Made by a program: the position numbers and the translations under genes
Notes under the pieces: model-generated
What the model was told of the DNA's origin: nothing
The model's database searches: none
What the model saw: the letters and a program-made list of their open reading frames with translations, nothing else
Origin: Rhodospirillales bacterium
GTDB lineage: Bacteria > Pseudomonadota > Alphaproteobacteria > UBA8366 > JADFVY01
Assembly (NCBI GenBank): GCA_024644185.1
Contig: JAHELM010000001.1
Coordinates: 1-26,049, forward strand
Length of the DNA stretch: 26,049 bases
Reading direction: 5' to 3'
Shown here: one piece after another, positions 1 through 8,134 of the stretch
How positions within the stretch are numbered: position 1 is the stretch's first letter
Layout: each line of letters opens with the position of its first letter

Positions 1-701
1 AGATGCACCGCGACCGTGGTCGTGCCGACGTCGATGGCCAGGCCGAAGGCGCGGTCATGGAAGCCGGGCCAGACATGGATCAGCGTGCCGTCGTTGCGCA
101 GCGCGGCGGTGGCCTTCCATTCGCCCTGCCGCAACGCCGTCTGCAACACGTGCAGCACATGCAGATCGGCGGTACGCAATTCGACCTGCCATTGCGCCGC
201 CAGCGCCTCCTTCAGGCGTTCCAGATCGCCGGTCGGGTCGTGCATGTCGGGTTCGCGCACCTCGACATAGAACAGGCGGACCAGCGGGTCGATCTCGATC
301 GCCCGGGCCTCGGCCCGCTTGCGCACGACCTGCTTGTGCACCTGGCTTTCCGCCGGCACGTCGATGACCAGATCGCCGAGAATGCGGGTGTGGCATCCCA
401 GGCGGCGGCCGGCTTTCAGCCCTTTCTTGTCGGCATAGCGCTGCTCGACCGGACCGAATTCCGACAGATGCGCCGGCCGCGAGGAAATGCCGAATTTTGA
501 AAAGTCTCCGGTCGAAACCTCGACCTGGCAGCGCCCGCAGATCCCACGCCCGCCGCATACCGAATCCAGATCGACACCGAGGCCGCGCGCCGCCGCCAAC
601 AGCGAAGTGCCCCTGGCGAAACGGCCGCGCTTGCCGGACGGCGTGAAAACGACGGTGGCTTCGCCGCCGGCCTCGGTATGTCCGTTTCCGGTTTCGCTCA
701 C
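1..701 (-). CDS. ASKHA-domain / DUF4445 protein (RACo/RamA-type ATP-dependent reductive activator of corrinoid proteins) with N-terminal 2Fe-2S domain; truncated by the window edge
   Basis: Translated by hand (absent from the ORF track). GTG at 701-699 overlaps the upstream TGA (GTGA overlap) and has GGAG upstream. Reads VSETGNGHT...VVFTPSGKRG...DLDSVCGGRGICGRCQV...RRLGCH...AIDVGTTTV, i.e. a 2Fe-2S C-x5-C-x2-C...C motif followed by the ASKHA phosphate-1 motif DxGTT. Open to position 1. Confidence 0.9.
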   Translation of the reverse strand, partial: MSETGNGHTEAGGEATVVFTPSGKRGRFARGTSLLAAARGLGVDLDSVCGGRGICGRCQVEVSTGDFSKFGISSRPAHLSEFGPVEQRYADKKGLKAGRRLGCHTRILGDLVIDVPAESQVHKQVVRKRAEARAIEIDPLVRLFYVEVREPDMHDPTGDLERLKEALAAQWQVELRTADLHVLHVLQTALRQGEWKATAALRNDGTLIHVWPGFHDRAFGLAIDVGTTTVAVH

Positions 702-1609
702 GTACGGCTCCGCCGACGACCCTCGCGCTCGTGGCGGCGACCCTCGCCGCCGGCAGCCGCCGGTGCCGGTTCGCGATATTTGCGAATCCAGCGCGCGCAA
801 TCGGGATCGTGGCCCATCATCACGTCGGCGCCGCGGATGCCGGTCATTTCCTCTTCATGCAGCGGATTCATGATCGCCGAGGTCATGCCGGCGCCGATCG
901 CCATCGACAGGAACGATGCGTTCATGCCGTGCCGGTTGGGCAGGCCGAAACTGATATTCGAAGCGCCGCAGGTGGTGTTGACCCGCAATTCGTCATGCAG
1001 GCGTCGGATCAGCCGGAACACCGAGGCGCCGGCCTTGTTCACCGCGCCCACGGGCATGACCAGCGGGTCGACGACGATGTCGCTGGCCGGGATGCCGTAA
1101 TCGGCGGCGCGCTGGACGATCTTGCGGGCAACCTCGAAGCGCACGTCCGGGTCTTCGGAAATGCCGGTCTCGTCATTCGAGATGGCAACAACCGCGGCGC
1201 CGTATTTCTTGATCAGCGGCAGCACGGCTTCGAGGCGTTCCTCCTCGCCGGTCACCGAATTGACCAGCGCCTTGCCCTGGTAGACCGAGAGCCCGGCCTC
1301 CAGTGCGGCAACGATCGAGGAATCGATCGACAGCGGCACGTCGACCAGGCTTTGCACCAGCTTGATCGTCGCGGCCAGGATCGCCGGCTCGTCGGCCAGC
1401 GGAATGCCGGCATTGACGTCCAGCATGGTGGCGCCGGCCGCGACCTGGGCGACGGCATCCGCCTCGACACGGCTGAAATCGCCGTTCTTCATCTCTTCCA
1501 GCAGCAGCTTGCGGCCGGTCGGATTGATGCGTTCGCCGATGACGCAAAACGGGCGATCGAAGCCGATAATGACTTCCTTTTTCGCGGAGCTGACCACGGT
1601 ATCGGTCAT
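698..1609 (-). CDS. Methyltetrahydrofolate:corrinoid methyltransferase (stand-alone pterin-binding / MetH folate domain), 303 aa
   Basis: IGERINPTG, LDVNAG, LSIDSS, LVNSVTGE, DPLVMP and GASNISFGLP motifs of the DHPS-like MetH/AcsE folate-binding barrel. Start moved to ATG 1609 (AGGA upstream); the ORF-track extension is not homologous-looking. Confidence 0.9.
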   Translation of the reverse strand: MTDTVVSSAKKEVIIGFDRPFCVIGERINPTGRKLLLEEMKNGDFSRVEADAVAQVAAGATMLDVNAGIPLADEPAILAATIKLVQSLVDVPLSIDSSIVAALEAGLSVYQGKALVNSVTGEEERLEAVLPLIKKYGAAVVAISNDETGISEDPDVRFEVARKIVQRAADYGIPASDIVVDPLVMPVGAVNKAGASVFRLIRRLHDELRVNTTCGASNISFGLPNRHGMNASFLSMAIGAGMTSAIMNPLHEEEMTGIRGADVMMGHDPDCARWIRKYREPAPAAAGGEGRRHEREGRRRSRT

Positions 1610-1826
1610 GTCGACATCCTGTCGGTTCGTGTTCGGAATTCGTGATTTTGCGCCATGCCGCGCGGGCCGGACATATCCTGGACAAACGGTATTGGTTTCG
1701 CGGCCCGGTGTATCGCGAAGCCGCGCCACATACAATCGCGAAAGCGTCACTGGCGCAACCCGCCAATTGCCGACAATCCGAAGCGAAACCAAATCGAAAA
1801 ACGGCAACCCATGCTACCATCGCCGC

Positions 1827-2696
1827 ATGTGGACGCAACCGCCGTACCGCGCCCTGCTCTGTCTCGCCGCCGCCGGCTGGGCCTGGTCGACCCCACCAGC
1901 CATGGCCGACGAATCCGTGGCCGGCTGGATCAAATATACGCGTGCCTCCAGCATCTGCATCGGCAAGCCGGATACGCCGCTTTGCGCGGTGGAGACGGCG
2001 CTGGCCTGCCGGCTGCGCGGGAATGCCCGCCTGTGCGGCAAGGTCGGTCTGGCGCCAGAGCCCCAACCGGATGCCGGTCTGCCCGTTCCAAATCCGGACC
2101 CGGCCACGACGATCGAGGCCATCGCGGTGGAATACCGCGTGGAGGATTACGACGAGAGCCACGGCGGGCAGGCGCGGGTCGGGCTGGCGGTTCGCCATTA
2201 TGGGCAGAACGGGCTGGTCTGGCCGGAACAGGGCTGGCGGCTGGTCAACTATATGCTGACCCAAGGGTCCAAGGGCTGGCGGGTGGACGACATATCCTGG
2301 GCACCACAGCCGCGCTGGATCGGCCCGCGGGATGCCAGCAGCACCTGCCTGGGCGACATGCGGCTTCCGGCATGCGCCGTGGAGACCGACATCGCCTGCC
2401 GCGTTCGCGGCACGCCCGCCCTGTGCGAGCCCACGGGCAAGACAGCAACAGGTACGGGGGAGACGGTCACCTATGTTGTCGACCGGATACGCCGATCCGC
2501 CCCGCCCGGAAGCGACGCCTCACCCGATGACGTCACGCTGACCGTGTGGCTGGCGGAATCCGTGGAGTCTGCGCCGGGGCCGGACGATACCGACGGCGAC
2601 CCGCTGGCCCGGCCGCCGGTCTTCGCCATGGTCGCCTACACGCTGCAACGCAGCGGAAACGTCTGGCGGGTGACCGGACGCAGCGCGGTGCCCTGA
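1827..2696 (+). CDS. Hypothetical secreted protein, 289 aa, with two tandem ~130-aa 4-Cys domains
   Basis: In-frame ATG 1827 within ORF 1362..2696. Signal-peptide-like N-terminus (RALLCLAAAGWAWSTPPAMA/DE). The internal duplication supports real coding. The start site is uncertain because no clear RBS is visible. Confidence 0.75.
   Translation: MWTQPPYRALLCLAAAGWAWSTPPAMADESVAGWIKYTRASSICIGKPDTPLCAVETALACRLRGNARLCGKVGLAPEPQPDAGLPVPNPDPATTIEAIAVEYRVEDYDESHGGQARVGLAVRHYGQNGLVWPEQGWRLVNYMLTQGSKGWRVDDISWAPQPRWIGPRDASSTCLGDMRLPACAVETDIACRVRGTPALCEPTGKTATGTGETVTYVVDRIRRSAPPGSDASPDDVTLTVWLAESVESAPGPDDTDGDPLARPPVFAMVAYTLQRSGNVWRVTGRSAVP
1923..2672 (+). repeat. Intragenic protein-level tandem duplication (period 390 nt / 130 aa)
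   Basis: WIKYTRASSICIGKPDTPLCAVETALACRLRGNARLC versus WIGPRDASSTCLGDMRLPACAVETDIACRVRGTPALC; first Cys codons at 1956 and 2346, last at 2034 and 2424. C-terminal YMLTQGSKGWRV versus YTLQRSGNVWRV. Confidence 0.9.
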
Positions 2697-2702
2697 TTTT
2701 CC

Positions 2703-2744
2703 GCCGAAAAAGAAAGGCCGGCCCCGCTAGCGCGGGGCCGGCCT
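2703..2744 (-). terminator. Intrinsic terminator of the MCP transcript
   Basis: Perfect 13-bp stem AGGCCGGCCCCGC (2715-2727) / GCGGGGCCGGCCT (2732-2744) with a 4-nt loop, followed on the minus strand by TTCTTTTT; lies between convergent genes. Confidence 0.85.
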
Positions 2745-2775
2745 GTATGCGTCTTGCCGATATGGAACCGGGTCG

Positions 2776-4848
2776 TCAGCCGGCACGGATTTCGCGCAGG
2801 AAACGATCCACCTCGCCACGCAGGCTTTCCGCCTGGCGCGCCATGCCCTGGCTGGCACCGAGCACCTGGCCCGCCGCCGTGCCGGTTTCGCCGGCCGCCT
2901 TGCTGACATTCTCGATGTTCTGGTTGACCATCTGCGTGCCGCGCGCGGCCTGCTGGACGTTGCGGGCGATTTCCTGGGTGGACAGGCCCTGTTCCTCAAC
3001 CGCCGAGGCGATGGTGGTCGAGATATCGCTGATCTCGCCGATCACCGCGCGGATCTTCTGGATTGCCTCGACGGCTCCGCTGGTCTCTTCCTGTACGGCG
3101 AGAATCTGCGTCGATATCTCCTCGGTCGCCTTGGCCGTCTGGTTGGCCAGGTTCTTGACCTCCTGGGCCACCACCGCGAAGCCCTTGCCGGCCTCGCCGG
3201 CCCGCGCCGCCTCGATGGTGGCGTTCAGGGCCAGAAGATTGGTCTGCCCGGCGATGTTGTTGATCAGGCTGACCACGTCGCCGATCTTGCTCGCGGCCTC
3301 GGCCAGTCCCTGCACCGTATCGTTGGTGGCGTCCGCCTCGCGCACCGCATTGCTGGCAATCTTCGCCGACTGCGACACCTGGCGGCCGATCTCGGCGATC
3401 GAGGCCGACAGTTCCTCCGCCGTGGCGGCGACCGTCTGCACATTCGTGGTCGCCTGGTCGGAGGCACTGGCGACGTTGCCGGCCTGACGGCTGGTCTCCT
3501 CGGCCGTCGCCGACATCTGCTGGGCGGTGGCCTGCATCTCGGTGGCGGAAGACGACACGCCATCGACCACTTCCTTGACCGAACGCTCGAAGCGGTCGGC
3601 CAGCGCGATCATCACCTGGCGCTTTTCTTCCTCGGCGCGTTGCGCGGTGGCCGCCTGCGTTTGCTCCAGCCGGATCTTTTCGACGGCATTGTCCTTGAAG
3701 ACCTGGACGGCCTGGGCCATGTCCCCGACCTCGTCCTTGCGCCCGATATCGGGAATCCTGGTTTCCAGCTTGCCGCGCACGATGTCGGCCATGACCGAGG
3801 TCAGGCGGCTGACCGGACGCGAAATCGAGCTGCCGACCAGATAGGCGATCATCGCACTGAACACGATTCCCACCAGCGCCACCAGAAGGCCGATGCGGAT
3901 CAGGTCGTTCACCGGGGCCATCACCATGGCCATCGGGGCGACCACCTCCAGCGACCAGGGCGTGTCGATATCGCCGATGCGGATCGGCGCATAGACCTTG
4001 ATGGCGTCGTCGCCCAGCCGCAGCGACGCCTCGACGGTCCAGTACAATTCGCCCCGTTTCACCGCATCGCGAACACGGCCGGCATTACCGGAGTCGGAAA
4101 TTTCCTTCAGCAGCATCGCCTTGTCGGGGTGTGCCGCATAAGTGCCGTTATTGCCGATCATGGTGGCAAAACCGGTACCGTAGGGCTTGACCTCCGCCAC
4201 CAGTTCCTGCAAGCGGTCCAGCGGCAAATCGAAGCCGGCGACGCCGACGGCCTTGCCCTTGACCACCAGCGGCACGACCAGCGAGGTGATCAGCATTTCC
4301 TTGCCCCCGACCGAGTAGGCATAGGGGTCGATGATGGCGTTTTTCCGGTTCCGGAAGGCGATCTGGTAATAGTCGCCGGGACCGTCCGTCGCATAGTCGA
4401 GCAGCGGCTCGACCTCGATCTTTCCACTTGCCCGGTTCCAGTACGGAACGTAGCGCCCGGTCGCGTCATGCCCGGGCGTGTTGGCGAAATCCGCATCGCG
4501 ACCGTCGAGCGCGTTGGGTTCCCACCCGGTCCAGGCACCCAGCAATTCGGGATTACGCTCCAGAAAGCTGATCTGGATCTCGTCGAATTCTGCGCGGATC
4601 GGTGTCCGGGCATTCTTCAGGGCAAGCAACGCGCTACCCAGACCATGCGCCGTCGACAGGCTGCGCTGCAAAATACCGGAAATCTGCGCGGCGCTTTCCT
4701 CCGCCGTCTTGATCGCCAGTTGCTCGGCATCGCGCTTCGCCTGATCCGCGGCGAACCAGATCATCACACCCAGAACCGCGCCGGTCACCAGGGTGGCGGT
4801 CAACAGAACCGCACCCGTAATTCGCCACTTAAGGCTGAAATTGAACAT
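2776..4848 (-). CDS. Methyl-accepting chemotaxis protein (TM - dCache - TM - HAMP - signalling domain), 690 aa
   Basis: Two hydrophobic TM segments flank a periplasmic Cache-like domain; HAMP (ISRPVSRLT...RKDEVGDMAQA); hairpin-tip signature IAGQTNLLALNATIEAARAGEAGKGFAVVAQEVKNLA. ATG 4848 with GGGGA upstream. Confidence 0.95.
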   Translation of the reverse strand: MFNFSLKWRITGAVLLTATLVTGAVLGVMIWFAADQAKRDAEQLAIKTAEESAAQISGILQRSLSTAHGLGSALLALKNARTPIRAEFDEIQISFLERNPELLGAWTGWEPNALDGRDADFANTPGHDATGRYVPYWNRASGKIEVEPLLDYATDGPGDYYQIAFRNRKNAIIDPYAYSVGGKEMLITSLVVPLVVKGKAVGVAGFDLPLDRLQELVAEVKPYGTGFATMIGNNGTYAAHPDKAMLLKEISDSGNAGRVRDAVKRGELYWTVEASLRLGDDAIKVYAPIRIGDIDTPWSLEVVAPMAMVMAPVNDLIRIGLLVALVGIVFSAMIAYLVGSSISRPVSRLTSVMADIVRGKLETRIPDIGRKDEVGDMAQAVQVFKDNAVEKIRLEQTQAATAQRAEEEKRQVMIALADRFERSVKEVVDGVSSSATEMQATAQQMSATAEETSRQAGNVASASDQATTNVQTVAATAEELSASIAEIGRQVSQSAKIASNAVREADATNDTVQGLAEAASKIGDVVSLINNIAGQTNLLALNATIEAARAGEAGKGFAVVAQEVKNLANQTAKATEEISTQILAVQEETSGAVEAIQKIRAVIGEISDISTTIASAVEEQGLSTQEIARNVQQAARGTQMVNQNIENVSKAAGETGTAAGQVLGASQGMARQAESLRGEVDRFLREIRAG

Positions 4849-4949
4849 CGAGTTCCCCAATAAAACGAGATAAGTCCCGGGGGAAGCTATCCGGGAAATA
4901 ATTAATCAATTATGAGCGGCGACAGTTATATTTTTTTCTCGCCCATTGC

Positions 4950-4966
4950 ATTGTTTTGGAAACAAT
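4950..4966. promoter_or_regulatory. Perfect 7-bp-arm palindrome upstream of the MCP (candidate operator)
   Basis: ATTGTTT-TGG-AAACAAT in an AT-rich intergenic region; the regulator is unknown. Confidence 0.4.
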
Positions 4967-5041
4967 TTTCCGTCTCGCCCGGACACGCATTGCGCGAGTT
5001 CGCCGCCGCATCGATCCAATACAATTTACGTGTATATTCGA

Positions 5042-5344
5042 CTACGGGGTGCGCCCGCCGTTCTTCGCCAATTCCTTCAACGCCGCTTCGTCGTAGCGCG
5101 CGTCCAGCTTGCCGGCCATGGCATCGGCCTCGGCCTGAAGATCGTCGGAGACCGTCACCGGATCGGCCTTGCGCCACTCGGCGAGATAGTCGTCGGCACC
5201 GCGCGCGCCGCCCTTCATGGCGGCGATGTCGATCGCCTGGGCGAAGCGCGGCGGCAGTTCCACCTTGACCTGGTTGCGCCGGCCGGCGCGCACGATCACC
5301 TGGGCCGGGATGTCCCGCCAATAGACCACGATCAGTTCAGCCAC
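5042..5344 (-). CDS. Small 'virulence factor' family protein (Virulence_fact-like) associated with B12 methyltransferase clusters, 100 aa
   Basis: YWRDIPAQV...RFAQAID.AAM...YL.EW signature recognised from memory; GTG start with GAGGGG RBS; operon context. Confidence 0.8.
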   Translation of the reverse strand: MAELIVVYWRDIPAQVIVRAGRRNQVKVELPPRFAQAIDIAAMKGGARGADDYLAEWRKADPVTVSDDLQAEADAMAGKLDARYDEAALKELAKNGGRTP

Positions 5345-5377
5345 GTGTCGCCCCTCGTTCCACTTTGTCGTCCCTCG

Positions 5378-6013
5378 TTACTGTGTCGCCGCGCGGGCCA
5401 CGAAACCCGCCAGGTCCCCATAGCCGGTCGATCGCAGCTCGAAGGCCAGCCCCAGCCGCGCGGCGGCGGCCCTGGCCAGCGCCGTCAGTTCCGGGTCGTC
5501 GATCTGCGCCAGATAGACCAGGCGCCGGTAATTGCCGAAATAATCGGGCAGAAGCTGCGGGAACCGGTCCAGCCCCATGCCCTTGATAATCAAGGTCTCA
5601 AAATGCCGCGCCAGGAAGTCGGTCAGGTAGAAACTGCCCGGTTCGTCGTCGTGCAGCGCGTCGAATACCGGTGCCGTGGCATAGAAGGAATAGCAATGCG
5701 GGCCGGCGATCCGCTCGACGCCCTCCTCCTCCAGCACGCGATCCAGCGCCCCGCCGGTGCCGCAATCGGCATAGGCGACGAAGATGCGATCGAAGCGGTC
5801 GCGGCTTTCGCGGATCTTGTCGCGCACCGCCTGGGGGATCCGTTCCGGGCGATTGTGCAGATTGGCGGGCAGGCATTCGAGCGTCAGATGCGGCCAGCGA
5901 TTGACCTCGATCAGCGCCAGGATCTCGCGCGCCAAGGCGCCGCAGCCGATTACCAGCGTGGCGGGCGGCGCGGTATCGGGGGCGTTCCCGCCCGGCTGAA
6001 CGGACCCGGTCAT
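5378..6013 (-). CDS. DUF1638 domain protein, 211 aa
   Basis: IGCGALAREI, LPANLHNRPERI, YADCGTGG, PHCYSFY and FYLTDFLARHF motifs; adjacent to the corrinoid protein gene. Confidence 0.85.
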   Translation of the reverse strand: MTGSVQPGGNAPDTAPPATLVIGCGALAREILALIEVNRWPHLTLECLPANLHNRPERIPQAVRDKIRESRDRFDRIFVAYADCGTGGALDRVLEEEGVERIAGPHCYSFYATAPVFDALHDDEPGSFYLTDFLARHFETLIIKGMGLDRFPQLLPDYFGNYRRLVYLAQIDDPELTALARAAAARLGLAFELRSTGYGDLAGFVARAATQ

Positions 6014-6064
6014 GGCAGGAAGATCGTTCGCCGCGGCATGGAAATCAATGCCGCGGCCGGGCGA

Positions 6065-6766
<702 letters not shown>

Positions 6767-6866
6767 GCCAAAGCCCTCTGAAAATCCGGCCGGCCGCATC
6801 GAATACGGCCCGCCCCATGTTGCGGCAGCATCGTCGCTACCACCTAGCACACTCGCTCTCGCATGC

Positions 6867-6893
6867 GCGACAAGAACTATTTAGGGTACGACA
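6867..6893 (-). promoter_or_regulatory. Direct repeat TGTCGT-N15-TGTCGC (21-bp period) about 100 bp upstream of the corrinoid gene; candidate AraC-family activator site
   Basis: CGACA at 6868-6872 and 6889-6893 on the + strand. The functional assignment is inference. Confidence 0.4.
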
Positions 6894-6979
6894 CAAGTTG
6901 GAGCGGGAACTCAAGGGGTCCGACGGCGACGGATGGGAATCGTCCGTTTCGGTCGCCCCGCTAGCCGGAGGAGACAGCA

Positions 6980-7945
6980 ATGCTGCGCGTGGCGGTACTC
7001 GACGACTACCAGGAAATTTCGCGACATGCGGCCGACTGGTCGGTGCTGGCCGGACGCGCCGAACCGTCGGTGTTTTCCACCCCGTTCCGCGGCGAGGCCG
7101 AGGCGGCGGCGGCACTGTCGGACTTCGACGCGGTGGTGGCGATGCGCGAGCGGACGCCGTTTCCGGGCTCGCTGCTGGCGCGCCTGCCAAAGCTGCGTCT
7201 GCTGGTCTCCACCGGAATGCGCAATGCCGCCATCGACATGAAGGCGGCCAGGGCGCAAGGCGTAACGGTCTGCGGCACGGAGCTTCTGGCCTATCCGGCG
7301 GCGGAACATGCCTGGGGCCTGATCCTGGCCGCCAGCCTGAACATCCCGCGCGACGCCGGGCGCATGAAGGCCGGACAGTGGCAGGTCGGCCCCGGCGAGG
7401 CCCTGGGTCGAGGCCTCAAGGGCCGCACCATCGGCATCGTCGGCCTTGGCAAGCTGGGCCAGCAGGTGGCGCGCTTCGCCACCGCCTTCGGCATGCGGGT
7501 TCTGGCCTGGAGCCGCAACCTGACCGACGAACAGGCGGCGGCGCATGGCGCGCGTCGCGTCGGCAAGGATGAACTTCTGGCGGTGTCCGACATCGTTACG
7601 CTGCATGTCGTGCTGAACGAGGGTACGCGTGGGCTGATCGGTGCCCGCGAGATCGGCCTGATGAAGCGCGACGCGCTGCTGGTCAACACCTCGCGCGGGC
7701 CTTGCGTCGATGAGGCGGCGCTGATCGAGGGGCTGCGAACCGGGCGCATCGGCGGCGCGGCGGTCGACGTGTACGACACCGAACCCCTGCCTCCGGAACA
7801 CGCGTTGCGCCGGATGCCGAATGCGGTGCTGACGCCGCATACCGGCTATGCCACGCAGGACAACATGGCGCTGTGCTATCGCCAGGCGGTAGAAGACATC
7901 GCCGCGTATCTCGATGGCACGCCGCTGCGTGTTCTGATCGGGTAA
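6980..7945 (+). CDS. D-isomer-specific 2-hydroxyacid dehydrogenase (SerA-like, no ACT domain), 321 aa
   Basis: GIVGLGKLG NAD-binding motif; catalytic Arg/Glu/His in NTSRG, DTEP and TPHTG; GGAGGAG RBS. Confidence 0.92.
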   Translation: MLRVAVLDDYQEISRHAADWSVLAGRAEPSVFSTPFRGEAEAAAALSDFDAVVAMRERTPFPGSLLARLPKLRLLVSTGMRNAAIDMKAARAQGVTVCGTELLAYPAAEHAWGLILAASLNIPRDAGRMKAGQWQVGPGEALGRGLKGRTIGIVGLGKLGQQVARFATAFGMRVLAWSRNLTDEQAAAHGARRVGKDELLAVSDIVTLHVVLNEGTRGLIGAREIGLMKRDALLVNTSRGPCVDEAALIEGLRTGRIGGAAVDVYDTEPLPPEHALRRMPNAVLTPHTGYATQDNMALCYRQAVEDIAAYLDGTPLRVLIG

Positions 7946-8031
7946 GGCCGCAATCGCGACTTTGCACGAAGGCCATAAGGCGGCCATAATCTGTTAACAT
8001 TATCGGATTAGGATTGGAGCCCGTACCCGGT

Positions 8032-8060
8032 ATTGAAACCGGAAAGGCCGAAACCTATTT
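8032..8060 (+). promoter_or_regulatory. RpoH (sigma32)-type promoter of degP
   Basis: ATTGAA-N16-CCTATTT, one mismatch per box to the alphaproteobacterial RpoH consensus CTTGAA-N15/16-CCTATAT as recalled; upstream of a heat-shock protease. Confidence 0.6.
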
Positions 8061-8134
8061 CGAGATAATCTGTCCCCGGCCACGCGACGGGTTTGCGTGG
8101 GCGGCGAGACTCGGGAACAAATGGAGAACTTGCG

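Noticed and set aside
1362-1826. N-terminal 155 aa of the 444-aa ORF
   Set aside because: Overlaps the MeTr gene on the opposite strand; the signal peptide begins at ATG 1827.
1610-1826. Possible cobalamin or SAM riboswitch upstream of MeTr (also checked 6767-6979)
   Set aside because: I could not find a B12 box or SAM-II/SAM-SAH core by eye. An Infernal/Rfam scan would be decisive.
1610-5041. Mobile element explaining the MCP / secreted-protein block
   Set aside because: No transposase, integrase, terminal repeats or target duplication seen.
6914-6960. Hairpin in the 5' region of the 2-hydroxyacid dehydrogenase gene
   Set aside because: Imperfect GC-rich pairing that does not cover the RBS; plausible by chance.
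6980-7945. Calling the dehydrogenase serA and linking it to serB
   Set aside because: It lacks the ACT domain and lies about 6.6 kb from serB; substrate cannot be assigned from family motifs.
7994-7998. Isolated TTAA(C) half-sites (also 4902, 16387 and 20144)
   Set aside because: No partner TTAA 11 bp away, so they are not called as CtrA boxes.
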